DNA of 60,427 nt, taken from IMG/VR virus record IMGVR_UViG_3300031403_000011, positions 1-60,427 of that record. The stretch is one strand, 5' to 3'. Each line of letters begins with the position of its first letter. The stretch's first letter is position 1. Origin of the DNA: a virus (taxonomy: Duplodnaviria; Caudoviricetes). The position numbers and the translations under genes were made by a program. A model generated the notes under the pieces. That model was given only the letters and a program-made list of their open reading frames with translations, had not been told where the DNA came from and did not search any database. This document shows, in pieces, positions 12,804-28,253 of this stretch.

Positions 12804-14906
12804 TTAATACATTCAATTATAATATCAAGTTGATGTCTCTTGTTCATCATTATATGCGTAAACCTCAGAGTTATCAAATTCGTTTCAGTATTGTTCCCAA
12901 TCTTTTATTTCTACTAATCAAAGTATTAGGAATATTTCTAATGCAGCATATGCACATGATAATACAAGATCATCTTTTTTCTTTCACTTACCTTTATAGA
13001 GAATAGTCTCTCATCTTCATGACTTCATTTTTACAAAATTTTGAAGTTGTTCTATAAGATCTATGTTATCTGCAGGAATTTTTAATATTCATTTGTAAAA
13101 CAATCAAGCAAGTGTGTTTATTATTTTACCTTTACTACATGTATAGTATCAATTCTTTTTATTATAATTCAAGTCTCATGTTCAAGTAGATTTAATCCAA
13201 GCATCTACGACCATCTTTATATCCATTTCAGATACAGCTTCTCATACTCAAGATCTATCTCATATAACAATAGTGTTAGGGAATTTCTTTTTGTATTCTC
13301 AAGCTAGAACTAATTGATCTCAATACTTCATATTCTTAATCTTCTTTGATTCTTCTACTTCTCTATGTTTGATATTTATAAGAGTGACACCACAGTTATC
13401 GTCTAATTTTCAAAGATCAAATCATAGAACTCTTACATCTGTGTCTTTATATTTTTCTCTACTGGGATTTACTATTGCTCAAGTAATATCAAATACATTA
13501 GATTCCTCTAATACAATACAATATCATTTAGCATAGAATTCTTTATCTCATCATTTTCTGAGAGTATCTTTAATTCTTTTTAATATCTTAGTATATTCAG
13601 CTTCTTCTTTTCATTGTCGTAGTAGTTCATTCTGATCTACAGTAACTCTCATACCATTCATGTCTTCATTATCATCTTGCTCTGCATCTATAAGTAACTT
13701 ATAGAACCAATGGTCTACAGGAGTTTCTTCATTGATAGTAGATATAATAAAGAAGTTCTCAGTTTCAAATGCAGCTCTTTGATGGAATGATGTCCAGAAT
13801 GCATCTGGTATTCTTGCAGCTTCATCTATGATTGCAAAGTCTGCAGCTATACCCTCTCAAGCAGCAGTACCTAGATCTGAATTATTTCATCTAGTAATAG
13901 AGAATAATGACACGAACTTAAATAGGTTTCAAGTTATGTTACATTTAATCATAAATCATCTTCTATTGATTTCAAATGCAGGCTTTCAATTACTAGGTAT
14001 CTTATAATCAATAAGAGTTCAAAGCATAGACTCTATATAATCCATGACTTGATTACCAATATCTTCTTTATTAGGAACAAAGTATTTTATTTCTCTATAA
14101 TTCCTACCACCATATCATGGTTTAGGATTGAGTAATTCTCTCGCAACTAACTTTGCAGCAAGGTATGATTTACCTTGTCATCTTGTTGCAGCAATAACAT
14201 TATATTTTTTCCAGTTGAGTAATACTGATTTGGACCATTCAAATAATTTAAACTTTGCATGAGCCCTTAATAGATGGCTGTATGCAAATTGTCTATTCTT
14301 ATCTCATATAGATTGATTTACATATCATTGTTTTATCTCTGCTTCTAATACATCCTCTAATGAAATTTTATCTTCTATTGAATATCAAGATTCCATACCA
14401 TGTGCATACTTTTTTCCTTTAGGAAATGATGCAAATTTTACAGTCTTAGTTTCTACATCATAAATAACTCATATCTTTTTTACTACTTTTTTAAGTATGT
14501 TATATATGAGATCATCTATATTCCTTTCTTTTGCTATACATCACAGATAGTGATTTACAAATGTTAATGTATCAGCTTTTACTTTTAGCTGCTCATGATC
14601 TTTTGCATTATGTATAGGGAGAGAGAATGTAAGTTTGTTTTTTCAAAAGAATTCTTGTAAGAAGAAATCTTTGAACTCCAATTTTATGTTTCTATATTCT
14701 GTAGAATTATAATCAGAAAATATTTCTGGAGAGATAACTTTCTCATCTTCCAGAATATAATCAGATTTGTCTCAGTATATTTTTACATCATTCATTATAA
14801 CTCATTTGTCATATATGAATCATGATAAGAATTTTATAAATGCATTATGCTTTGTTTCAGTAAGTCATCATACATTCTTTTTAGGAATTTCTTTTAATGA
14901 AATCAT
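12804..14906 (-). CDS. terL: Terminase large subunit (700 aa)
   Basis: Walker A AATRG*QGKS, Walker B ADFAIIDEAA, RNase H-like VLG*FDLG*K and KDDLV. Confidence 0.93.
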
Positions 14907-15232
14907 TAGTATTCAAGTTTAGAATCTTTTGCAGGAGATTGAAATATAGCAATATTGATTTGAGTATCAGTAAGTTTAGCACCATGCATCTTGAGAACAA
15001 GCTTAAGGGTTTCAAGTATAGTTTTATTATCTTGCATCTCATCTCATTTATTATTGAGAGTTTTAGCATCTAGTAATTTTTCAATAGTTGCTGCAAGCTT
15101 TTCATCATTCACTCAAAGTTCTTCTAATTTTCATATGATTGATCTTACTACATTCTTTGATTGAGAAAGCTGAGCACTATTCGTACTCAGAACTTTTCAT
15201 GTCTCTCAATCTATTAAAGCATTATTAGTCAT
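14906..15232 (-). CDS. Putative terminase small subunit (108 aa)
   Basis: Small helical ORF coupled to TerL by TAATG. Confidence 0.6.
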
Positions 15233-18200
15233 TGTTTCTTGATAATGGTAAATTTGGAAGTAATCATCTACTTCAACTTCTGGTTGTTCTTCTAATTGGC
15301 CTTAGCTTTACAGGCTTTAAGGATTTTTGTTTCCTTATCTTTATAAGGTTTTTTCTTATTTGTGCAATCTTATTTGGAGCTTGCTTGATAATATCCTTAC
15401 TAAAGAAATCTTCTACCATAGCTTGAATAACATATTTGTTATAAGCTTTTACATTTGCGAATTTCATAGGATTTATTCTGAATGATTGTGGTTGTCCTGT
15501 CTTTTTTGTTTGTATAAACTTTCTAGGATTATCAGAGATGTATCATTCTTTTCATTCTAGCATATCTCTTATAGGAGCTACTTGATCTGAAAAGTTTGGT
15601 CTACCTCATTCATAAGAATTAGATTTGAATGGTTGTTTGAAACTTGAGAAGTTGCTTGGATTATAACTATATCATCCAGATTTATTTCTCTTAGTATATC
15701 AAGCATAGTTTACTTGATTACTAAAACTATTGTTATCTAGCTGTATAGATGATTCTGAAATATCATACAGAACATTTGATACCCATCTTCTTACATCTGG
15801 AGAAAGTATAGTTTCAAACTTTTCATTATCACGAATAAGTTCTTGAACATCTTTCTTAAGTCACATGAATAATGCAGCTTTGTGTGCAACCTTAGCCTGT
15901 GGTCACATTGTAGATGTATCTATCATATCTGCATATCGTAATGCAATCTCTAATCATTGTTGTCCATCTGGGATGTAAGATGTAGATAATGCAAGACGAG
16001 ACTTTAATTTAGCGACTGAGGTGTTTCATTCTTTAAGACCATTGTTTACTATGTAATCTGTAACAAGACCCTTAGAAACTATATTAGTTGCGTTCTCATC
16101 TCTATATTTATCTACATTCTTTATGACATCCATATTGTTTGTTTTGATTTCCATATCTAGAATTCATTCCATAACAGGACCATCAAGAGTTATAAACTCT
16201 TTATATTTTTGTAATGCTTCATATTTGAGAGCACTATATATCTCTTCTGGTAATTGAGAATATCCTTTTGGTGTTTGTTGTTTGTAATCTTTTAGATCTT
16301 TTCATCTCTTATCCATATGTGCATCTACTAATTTTTGAACTATAAGTCCAGTATTTATATTAGATTCTACGGATAATAATGCTATAGCTTTCATAGCTGC
16401 ATTAGAATTGATTCATTTCGGATCATTGAATACATCCTCAAAAGTCATTCAGTCAGCTTGTAAGATAGCTTCTAGAGATTCTGTTATCAAAGTATCTGGC
16501 ATAGGATTCCATAATGGTGTGCCATCCTCTCTGTATTCTAACTGATCATATCCTTTACTATCTAATGTATTTTTTACTTCATTATATCATACAAGACTAA
16601 AGAGAGTATCAATGTTATTCTTTTGAGTTTGGTCTAATAATAAATATTGCTCTGCTTTTTCTAGTGTATCTCACTCAAGAGTTCCAAGTATATTAGAAAG
16701 CTTGTAACCATTTTCTCATGAAAGACCATAGTTAAATATTTGTTGTATGCTTTCTCTTTTTTTAAGTCTTTCAATATCTTCGTATGCAGCTTTTTGTAGA
16801 ACCATATAATCTCATTGAATTATAGGATTTACAAAAGGACTTACAACTACCATCTTAAATAATGATGGAAAGAATCATATTCTTTCAAAGTTAGCATATC
16901 TTGTACCTTGTTGTAATACTTCATTGATCTGTGCTTCTGTGTTAGGTATTCATAATCAGAACATCTGTACTCATGAATTATCAGATAATGTATTGTACAT
17001 ATCATCTGCATCTACTAATCCATTGAATCTTGTAAATCATAGAGATACATTTTTACTTACTTCAATAATAGAGTTCATAATATCTGGATCATCAGAACTT
17101 CTATAGTGATCATATATCTTTCAGATAGTTCAGATGTTAGTGATAGTTCTCATATATCTTCTTATATGATTTGCAGCAGAGTATTGTGCTTTATCAGTAA
17201 TAGATGGATCAGATAAATCTTCATTAATATACATATCTGTTTTATCAGACATAGTCTCTCAGTATAACTGTCAGAATAATATTGAAGATGCTACAGCAGA
17301 ATTATTAAATCAAAGTATAAAATCTTTGAGTGAAGTATTTTTTTCTGGATCATCATTATATTTTTCTAGCTTCATATAGAATCAAGCAGCCATAAGTGAT
17401 ATATGTACTTGTTCCATTGAATGCTTCATGAAATCAGAGAAGTGTGCACTAGCGACACGAGGATTATTTATATTTCTTATAGCTTGTGCAAGTGACATTG
17501 ATTGTTGTACCAGTCTAAAATTTTTAGTAAAGGCCCAACCATTTAGGAATCAGAATAAATTAGCACCGAATCTTAGAAATAATTTATTTCAAAGCAGTCC
17601 TATTTGTTTATCAGTTCCAGTATCTCCAAAGAAATCTCATCTAGTGATACGAGTATGTCTTTCTAATTGAGAACTAGAGATAACTCATCCACCTATTCAG
17701 GCATAGTGTTGTCTCATTTTAGTTTCAAAGAATGCTTTGAATTCTGGAGACTGTAATTTTCTATACAAGTCTTCCTCAGTTTTAATACCGAGTGTGTCCA
17801 TAGTATCTAGTATTGCAGCAACTTTTCTTGTTCTATCAAATAGAGCATCAGATGCAGCAAGTGGATTTGTGACAAAAGTCATAGTGTCATCATAGAGTTC
17901 TTTAGGTACTCATACTTTAGATATGAGTTTGTTATACACTCAGTTTAGAGCTTTATCAAATGATTTATTGAATGTTTCAAGTTCTATATCTCAACCTCCA
18001 GAGAATCTAAGAGAATCCTCAGATGCTAGTAGATTCATTTTATCTAGAATGACACGAGCTTTGAATACTCTTTCATCATCAAAGTTTTTCATTACAGCTA
18101 CAAGTTCTGCAAGATTAGGAATCATTTGAGTTAGAGCAGCAATATATCAGTTCTGTCATGCAACAGCAGATATACTACCATATCTTTGAGAGTAGTACAC

Positions 18201-21200
18201 AGACTTTAACATATTGAGATATTTTTGTAATTCAGTATCTACTGAGTACAAAGTATTAGCCAATGTGTTTGTATCTTTTTTATTTACTCACTTTCCAAGA
18301 AAGTCATCTTGAAAAGCTCATCTAGAATAATATCCATTCATCTTTAATCAGAAATTGAAATCTGATTTACTAGATGCAAGTACATCATCAATGAGTGATC
18401 ATAGATTTTTATTATCAATATTATAATGAGTGAATATATTAAATGTAGGTTTGAGTCTTTGAAATTCATTGAATGCTCATAGTACATCTGGGATTATATC
18501 TGCTTCAAATCATTTTATAAGAGATTGAAATTCTTTTGATCAAGCTACATCAGTAGTGGACTTAACTCAACCTTTTCAGCTTTTTGTGAAAAGATTGTTT
18601 ATCTTTTGTTCAAAACTTTTAGTTCTTACATATGCATATGTGTTTCATGATTTTTGGAATCATTCTGTCATAACAGATGAAATCATTCTCCATGAATCTT
18701 CTGCATCAACTGAGTTCATTCAAGACTTCTTTAGCATCTCTCTCATATCAACTATAAACTTGTTTTGTTTTACAAGGGTTTTATACAGCTTCATTCTTGC
18801 AGCAGTATTTGTATAGAAGTTTAGATCTGATAATAAATTGAAATCATGCTTTCATAATATATGAGATACGATAAATTTACCATGAGACTTTCTATGTTGC
18901 TCTATAGCACCAGTCATATCATAAACTTTTTCTATTTCTTCTGCAGTAGCCATAGAAGAATAATCAAATCACTTCTTATCAAAGAGCTCATAATCTTTTG
19001 CTCTATTGCCAGAAACTATATTTGCTTTCGCTTTAGATTGAGAAAGTAATACTTCATCTTCTATATCATCAAGCTTATTTATTTGAGATTGTATAATAGA
19101 TCTTTTATTCTCAAGCATTTCTATTTCTTCTGGAGCTCATTTAGATTTTTTGAGTTTTCCGATTTCATCGGACATCTGTATAGCTAAAGGTTTAAGCTCT
19201 GATATATCTTTTACTTTTTCTATCTGTATATCAAATGATTCAATATTTTTCATTTTAACATCATCATAGAAACTTAGGTATGCATATTTATCTGCATCTG
19301 ATAATATATCAAATATATGATATTTTCCATCTGTGAGTTCTTTGAGTGCAAATATTTGTCTCGCTTCTTCATCTATAATATTTCAAGTAATTACTTGAGC
19401 ATGAATCTCTGGAGTCATTCATAGATTATTTTTTTCTATATCTTGGAATAACTTCTTTTTAGAATCAGCAGATAAATATTGATACTTAGTAAAATATTTA
19501 TCATGTGCTTTTTTAATAGTGGGATTTACATCTTTCCATTGATTGAAAACAAATGCAGGATCTCAGATACTGTTTGTCTTATTTATGAAGTCTCAGTAAT
19601 CTCTAATAAAATCTTCTGAGAGCTTTCTCTCAAATCATATTTTTCATACTAGATTTTTATATAAAGATTGGAAGTATTTATTTTTTGATCAGATTCATGC
19701 GTGCATAGCATCTATATCAATTTTACCATTCACAGAAAAATCTTTCGTAAATACAAAGTTATTCGGTTTAAGTATGAAGTCATTTCATTGAGTCTTTGAA
19801 AGTGGAGATATAATCTCATTATACAATCTTACAATATCTTCTTCTTGTAATCATGTTTTTTTCATAAGCTTTATATACCAAGTCTTATCAAAACTAGATA
19901 GACCAGACTTAGCAAAGTCTAGAGTAACCTGTAATACACTTGCATATGTTTCAAGATAATCTTTAGATGTACTGAAAAGATTAAATCTTTCCATAAGATC
20001 TTTATAGGTGTAAGTTTTATCTACCAACTTTTTTCATTGTATTTCTTTTGCAACGAATGGAGTTTGTAAGTATTTATCATATTCTTTCTGGCTTATAGAT
20101 TTCAACCTTTGAGCTTCTTTTAGAATAGAAGATATGATTGAGATAGTTCTACCAGTAGCAGATACTACTCATACATTTTCTTTTGCTATCATAGATGCAT
20201 CTCTACCAGAGAATATAGATATATTTTTTCACTTACTAGCTTCAACTTGATCTGCAACTATATATCTATTTTTTGCACCAGATTTTAAATACTCATGAAA
20301 GTCTGCGAGAGTTTCATCAGCAGGTCTAGCCATAGATGCTTTTGAGAATACATTACCTATCTCTCAATAAGTTGTGAGGAATGTAACTTTATCAGCATCA
20401 AAGTCTCATTCAAGTTTCATGAATACAGAATGAGGATTTAATATAACTCTATCTCATCCTATATCTCAATACTCTTTCATAAGTTCTGGAGTATCTTCTA
20501 TAACTTTAATTTTATATGTTCCAAGATTAAATTCACTTGGTACAGGATATCTATATCCTACAGCATATATATTTCAGTTATCTAAATCAGATTGTATTCT
20601 TGCAACTTCTGCATCTACTTCTCAAATTCTTTTATCAGAAAATTCATTAAGTTCTTTTGATAAATTCAGTTCCACGATTTTATCGCTCATCTGTTTTACA
20701 GCAATCTTATATATATTTGAATTCTTAGATACAGCCATTTCTTCTGGAGATATAAGATCAGTAGCTTCTTGGATGATAAGACTTTGACCATCTCACTTAG
20801 GTTTTGTAAGCCATGCATTTACTCTTGATAAGAAATCAGATAACTGAGATCAGAGTGTAGCATCATTGAGTGATCCAACATTCATTCTTTGAGCAGTCTT
20901 GTTTATAGTGTCAGATGTTCAGAATAGACTACTACCTGTTACATATGAACCTATCATATTTTTAGTTACATCAAATTCCTCAGCCATCTTTCATTTCATT
21001 AAATCAAAGATTGGACCAAGGTATTGAGCATCTAGTCTATTCATAATAGAGAAACTAGCAGTCTCTTTTGTTTTAGATTTTTGAGATGCTTGAGTAGCAT
21101 TTACAAAATCTTGAGTGTTTACATTGTATGGAGCTTTTGCTGCAAGGTATTTCTTACCATTGATAATAACTTCTTGATCATAAATAAGTTTTTCTGGATC

Positions 21201-24200
21201 TACTCATCCATAAAGTTTCAATGCATCTATATTAGATACTACTATATCATCAGTTTTATCTCAGTATTTAATATCTACTACATTAAAATTGGTCTTAGAT
21301 AAATATCTAATACCATCTTTTGTCATACCGGTAAGATGATCCTTAAATTGTTTTATAGATTTTTTATCTCAAGTAATTTTTGATCTCATCTCTCATACAT
21401 TCTTTGAAGTAAATGATGTACCATCTTGAAAGTTTGTGAGATATGTTCCTTTGAGTGTAGTAATAAATGCATTCACATCTTTAGATTGTGCTGCATAATA
21501 TTCAAGATCAGATCTTTGTATATCTGTTAAGTCAGAATTTCGTAATTGATTTAATACTTCATCAAATGTTTTTTCAGAGTCTATATTTTTTATAGCATTA
21601 GTGAATGCATCTTCTCATATAATTTCTGGGAGGATTAAGAAATCTAATTCTTTATCAACTTTATCAAATGTTTTATATTGAGACTGTAAAGTAGACTCTC
21701 TTTTATAAAGAGTTTTTACATTCTCTAGTTTTTGTTCTAGCTTTGGAACAATAGGATCTAATGATTTTCTAAAGTCTGCATATGAATCAAATTCTTTTTT
21801 TCATAAGTCAGCTAAGAATTCCTTGTAAGTATAAGCTTCTTTAAGCATACCAGACTTGATAGCATATTCAATCGTATAAATATCTTTAAGTATATCTTTG
21901 AATCATTTCTTAGATGAGATATCTTTATTTGTATATATTCCAAAGTAACTAGATTTATCTCAGAATCATCCAGTAAAGATATGAGAATCATAATCTATAT
22001 TTATATTGAGCTTTGATAAAAATGCTCACACTATTCCATCAGTATCTCAGTCATTAAACATTCGTTTTACATCTGCATATATTTCTGAGTCAGAAACAAG
22101 TTTACCATCTATAGTAGGATCAATGTTTTTAGAATAGAATGCTCTTATGTCTCACTTCTCATATCTCGTAGTAGCTACAAAAGATTCATCTACTCAAGGA
22201 ATAAACTTAGCAGTCATTGGAGGATTAACACCATCAGATAATAATTCATCATGGTACATAATCTTCTCAATTGATTCTTCTTTAAAAGAAGTAACTCAAT
22301 CTTCTATTATAGTTTTAGTATAAGTAGTAGTTCTTGCTATTCTTTTGAATGATTGATATACAGATGGATCTGATAGTAAATCTTTTATTACATCAGCAGT
22401 CACATCTTTTACTACACCATTAGAATCTTTCGCTTGAATTTTTAATCAATCAGTAATTTCTTTTATGAATTCTCAATAGAATTTATTTCATCCAGATAAT
22501 TTTTCATTATCTATCTGAAATCAATCTATGAATTTTTTAAATGTAGGATTGTTGTCGTAATGATATGACATAGGTCTTCATTCCTCTAATCAAAATTTAC
22601 TATAAATTATATTATCTATAGTGGAGTTTCTACCGGTATCATTATTATTTATAAAAGCTTTTATATTTTTTACTACAGGATTTTGTTTTTTAATAAACTC
22701 TTCGGTAAATATTTCATTATCAAAGTTAGCTGCGTCATCTAATATTTTTTGAGTGTCAATATATACAGTCTTAGTATCTGTAGTAAATATTTCATCTATA
22801 AGATTTACTACATGATCTTTAAGATCATCATCCATAGTAGACTTTAATATTCTTTCTTTGATATCATATAAATCATTTATCTGGAAGTTCTTATTAGATA
22901 CAGCTTCCTTAATCTGATTTGAATAGCGAGTAAGTAATCACTTTTGAGTTTTATTTAATTTTGCAAGAGCCTTATATTCTTGTATTTTATTTTTTACTAG
23001 AGTGAGATTTGTTACAAGTTGATCTTTATACTTATGTTTAGATGCAACATCACGAGCTACATCTTTGAGGAAAGATATATTATCTTTGTTTCTCATATAA
23101 TCTATATGAGCATTTATATATGAGTTCTCATTTGTTTTTAGAATCTTTTTTAAGTCTTCTGCTTTAGCAGAGATATCTGCTTTAGATTTTTCTAAATCAT
23201 TAAGATATACAAAATCTTTTGCAGTTCGTAATTCGTTTTCAATAAATCTAAGACTATCACGAGCACTATCAAGTTTAGCTTGAGTAATATTTTTCCAACT
23301 AGAGAATTCATTTCTGAGATGTGCTTTGAGTATATCATCAGATTGTATGTCCATCTTTTTTGAGATTTCATCATACATTTTTGGATTTACAAGTATATCA
23401 GCAAATATAGATATAGCATCTCACTTAAAGTTTTTTTCAGAAAGTAATTTATTTATAAGCTCAAAATTCTCCAGATGTTTATAAGTATATGATGTAATCA
23501 TAGTACCTATAAGATATGGATCTACTTCTTCAAGCTTTGCAATAAGAGGCATGATAATTTTTTCTGCTTGCTTGATTTGTATTTCATTTGATCATACACG
23601 AGCTCCTATATTTTTTATAAGTCATCGTGCTCATTTTTCATTAATTTTTCATTCTGATAGTAAACTATCAAACTTACCATAATATTCTATAGCTTCTACA
23701 TTTTTAATAGCAGATTCATAATCTCTGCCCTCAGCAAAGTTATGTATCATTCTACGAACTGTTTCAAATGTTTGTGTATATTCACTAGCATTTGTATTTA
23801 TAGATGGATCTAATGTAGGTATTCGTTCTTGTAATCTTTTTCAAGGATATACATTTATCAAATAATTATCTTGTCATGATTTATTTACATTTCATTTCAG
23901 ATCATATTTTGCTCTTCCCCAAGCTACTACAAAATCAGAATCTTTTGATCCTGCTTTTTCTATAACTTTATTTCTAGCAACAAGTGTGTCTCATAAAGAT
24001 ATATCTGTAGCTCTTGCAGGCCCATAGAACTCTGTAACAGAATCTACTATAAACTTAGGAACTAAGTCTCAATACTTTGGAGATATTCTTGCTCATGATT
24101 TTCAACTGAGTGTAAGAAGATTTCTAAGATTTTGTTTTATTTCTTGAGAGAGAGCTATGTATTCTTTCTGAGTATATTCTGGAAGAACTTCTTTTATAAG

Positions 24201-27110
24201 AAGATCTATCCTATTATTCATATCATCAGAATTTATATATGATGTTGCTCTATTGAGATCATTATCTTTAGTGATAGTAAATTCTTTAGACTTACCAAGA
24301 GTTTGTTCCAACTTAGGATCATCTAAATTTTCTATTTTTATAATTCAACTATTGAATCATTTTTCTACATTAGAATTTTCTAACTTTTCTAAGTCAGATC
24401 TTTTAATAGTAAATATTTCTCATGTAGTAAGATTAGTAAGCTTTATGGTAGCTTCATTTTTTATAATACCTTTTTCTGCAGTAATCTTATTAAGAGTAGA
24501 TTCAAGCTCATCATATAAATTTAAGAATGTCTTTTTAGTTTTAGCAGTCCTAATATTATCTATAAGATTATTTACAATCTTTATTTCTTTTTCAGAAACA
24601 TTTTGAAGTCTATTACCATTAAATATTGTATTTCACTTTAAATAAGCTCATACTTCATTGAGCTTTTTATTTATTACACCACTAGCGAATTCAGATTTTT
24701 TAATATCGCTACCATATAAATTCTTTGATATTTCTTGATAGTTTCAAATATCAAATGGTAGAATGTTTGATTGTACTTCTATTCATAATCATTTACCTGT
24801 GAGAAGAGAATCTACTCAAGTCTGATCTATTTCTTTTAATCATTCAGATATAAAATTAAATAGACTTCCATCTTTTCTTAAAGATTTAAGTGTAGGAATA
24901 TCTAGAATAGTTTTATAAAATTTTTCTCAAGATCTCATTACTTGTACAGCTTGCTGTGGAGATATTGTTATTCCTTGCTGTGCTTTAACATCTATAAAAT
25001 CTTTAATCGCTGATTTCTTATCAGCAGTCATAAATTTATACATTGCACTATTAGATGTATACTTAGAAGTTTTAAGTAATGTTTTTCAAAGTACAGGTGC
25101 TCATGTATCAAATATAAAGTTCATAAGCATATTCATTTCTTGTAGAGACTTTACTCATGGCTCTTGAAGTGTAGCATCTAATATAGAATCTACTACAGCA
25201 CCAGATGCTTGTCATTCTGCAGCCCAAGATGTCATCTTACCTGTAGCTCATATAACTGTGTTATAACTAGAAAGAGTTCATCTTCATATTGTTCATTGAA
25301 GACGAACCGGATTTACTTTCGCTAAATTAACAAGCTTCTGAATATTAGGAAATTTTATTTTGTTTATTGCAGCAATACCTAAAGTCATAGCTGCTACCTC
25401 ATCCATATTATATGCAAGAGTTCCAATTACTTTTTCAGCAAGATTATTATCTGCTTGAAGTATTGATCTTGATTCAGCAGTAAGGTTATATGTAGATTCA
25501 TCATCAAATGCATTTACGACTGTATGTAATCTATCTAATCACTCAGTTCCTTTATGAGTAAGTGTAGATGCAACTAGTCATGCATTTCAAAGAATATTAT
25601 ATAATATTTTTCATGTTTGTTTTAGTTGTCATGAAACTATAAGACCATCTTCTGCTTCAAAGAAATTAGCAAGATCATCTCAGATTTGATTTGAGTTTTC
25701 AGTAAACTTTACTTGATTGAGTAATTCTTTTCTATTTTGAAATACTTTTTGTTCGTAATCAGATAATGAATCATAAGCAGAATTCATAGCAACTCTTTCT
25801 ATTTGTTTGTTTTTCCAAGTAGGATTTTCTTTTCTTACTCTAGCAATCTCAGTTAGAAGTCATACATAGTATTCTTTTCTTACATCATTTGATTCTTTTA
25901 CAAGGTTTAGAAGCTGTCATTTATATTTATTATCTTTGAGTGATGCAGTCAATCATACAAGATATCATCTATCTGATACAAGTTTCTCTACAGTTTTATC
26001 TTTGTATTGAAACATATCATTAGATGTAAAGAGAATAGAATCCTCAGATATAATATCTAATAATTCTTTTTCAACTTTGTTTGATTGATATGTATTGAAC
26101 TCTTCTCGCTCAGTAAGTTCTTTAGAACTAGATGCATCTAAGTCATATGCTTTTTGTATAGTAGCAAGAGAGTCTTCTCATTCTGGAGTAATTATACTTT
26201 TTGATACAAATGATGTAAGCTTAGTAGATTCTCATTCAATAGTTTCTTGTAAAGACTTTACTGTGACATCATCAGATAAAGAATTGTATTGAGATTCTAA
26301 ATTTTCTAATTCTAAAGGAGATAATTTAGATGCTGCTTCTGCTTGTGCATCTTCATCAGATAATCATTTAGCGAGAGCAATTGAATACTCATTATTGAAT
26401 TTTACATATGATCCATATTTACCAGAAGATTTTACATATCTATCTAGTTCTTTATTTATCTCAGTAATATTTTGGGACATTCTAAAAAATTCAGTATTGA
26501 AATCTTTTGAAGATACATCATCTTTTAAAAGTTTCTCTACATTATTTGAAGTAATTATTTCTTTTCATGATCATACAAATATTCAAGCAGTTTCTTTAAG
26601 ACGGTCCATTCATGTTTCTGTTTCAAGAAATCATACATATTTATATTCTTCATCAGAGAATCATAGATCTTCTCAAGTAACATCAACTCTATTTTTTTTA
26701 GAGAAAAAAGAACCAGAGTCTTCTAGTTTTTCTGCAAACTTTGTTCATTGATTGAATCAAAACTCTACAAGATTTCATGAATTATCAATAATAGATTTAC
26801 CGGTATCTAATATTGATTGAAATGGTTTTGAATTAATAGCATCTTGAGTGAGATCAAGTCATGCATTAAATGATTTTCTTCATATGTTATATACTACAGA
26901 ATTATCTATTTGATTTTTTGCAGTCTGTGATGCGTAGTCTATTACTTCTTTTCAAGCATCTTGTAAATTTTCTTGAGCAAAAGATCATACATTAGATGCA
27001 TTTCAAGACATTATATCTTTTGATGCAGCTTGAATATCTTGTCAGAAACTTTTAGCTCATTTAGTAAATCCTTGTAACTTTGATTGCAAATCTTCTAGTG
27101 ATGGAATCAT
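15225..27110 (-). CDS. Giant ~3961-aa virion protein; candidate two-barrel (crAss/phi14:2-like) virion RNA polymerase
   Basis: ORF fragments starting at 15273, 17697, 22590, 22938 and 24102 share one frame joined by TGA=Gly; FQDGT (~21420), GYRYP (20544-20558), EG*DFDADK (20388-20411). Confidence 0.78.
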
Positions 27111-27523
27111 TTTGTAATTTTAAAAATATATGTTTTTAGTTTGGCCTTTGTTTTAAATTCTGTGTATCTTACATTCATAGATAACATAATTTCTTTTTCG
27201 CAGGCATTCGGTTTATGTAGTAGTATGTGTATGTCTTTTCTGTATAAATGCAAAAATGCACTTACTCTAGGTACTAACTTAGAGTATAATGCATTATCAT
27301 ATTTTTTCAATTTCCTTAGTAAAGGGAATACTGTATTGACGAATATTCATTCTCTCATATATAATTGAGAGAATAATAATCATAGCTTGTGGCATACATC
27401 TGTATTGTTTACTTTGAAAGATGTTGGAGAATAATCAAGAGTCCAAATAGGATAGTCAAAGAAATTTGTAAGGTACTCTTTACTTATATTATCGCTTATT
27501 ATTATGATTCTTGTTTTTCTCAT
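27095..27523 (-). CDS. Hypothetical protein (142 aa)
   Basis: Code 25 extension of ORF 27107-27310. Confidence 0.55.
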
Positions 27524-28188
27524 TTGTTAAGTTCCTTAAGTTTATCAGATCCTGCTACTGAGCCAGTTTTTCCAAACTCATTGAGAACTTCAATTATAAT
27601 CCATTTGTTTGCCATTGAGATTTTATCCTCTGTTTGAGAATTAAGTTTATCTAGAAGTGGAACTTCTTCTTCTTTTATTTCAATACTCATTAAAAGTTCT
27701 TTGAGTAATGGATGTTTTTGTTTTGAAAGAAAATTCTTTTCTGCTATAAGTATTTCAGTTCCATCAGATTGTTTAAGAGAATATGGAATGAATGCTTCAT
27801 CAAGTTTTCATTCTTTCACAAGAAAAGAAAATTCTTCTTCATCCTCAATATAATCTGAAATCTTTTTAAAATCTATGGTATGATTATATGATTCAAATTC
27901 TACTGATAGATACTCAGCGATATTTTTTATCATATTAGATACAAGTATTTTATCATGAACATAAGATGCAGCTACCATCATTTCAGATTGAACTTTTGTA
28001 AGTGGAATCTTAGGAATTTTATAATTCCATCTTTTAAAATCTAATGATCCTCTATATGAAACAAGTTCAAGTAAAAGATTAAATCTATTTTCTGGAGTTT
28101 CTATAGGCATTTTAAGAATAGAATTCATAGTAGATCTACCAGACCATTTCTTAAGTGGAGTGTTTTCTGCGATATCTTTAATAATCAT
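27502..28188 (-). CDS. Hypothetical protein (228 aa)
   Basis: Code 25 extension of ORF 27808-28188; first gene after a promoter. Confidence 0.7.
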
Positions 28189-28223
28189 AATCCTGTATAA
28201 GTAAATAAAAAGAATATAGATTT

Positions 28224-28251
28224 AATATATTCTTTTTACTATTCGTGTCAA
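28224..28251 (-). promoter_or_regulatory. sigma70-like promoter TTGACA-N16-TATATT
   Basis: Intergenic, upstream of the operon containing the giant ORF, terminase and portal. Confidence 0.65.
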
Positions 28252-28253
28252 TT

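Noticed and set aside
15225-27110. Tape-measure protein or N4-type (T7-like) virion RNAP
   Set aside because: No tail tube or sheath genes were seen, the structural order is podovirus-like, and the motifs are RxP plus DFDxD rather than T7-type
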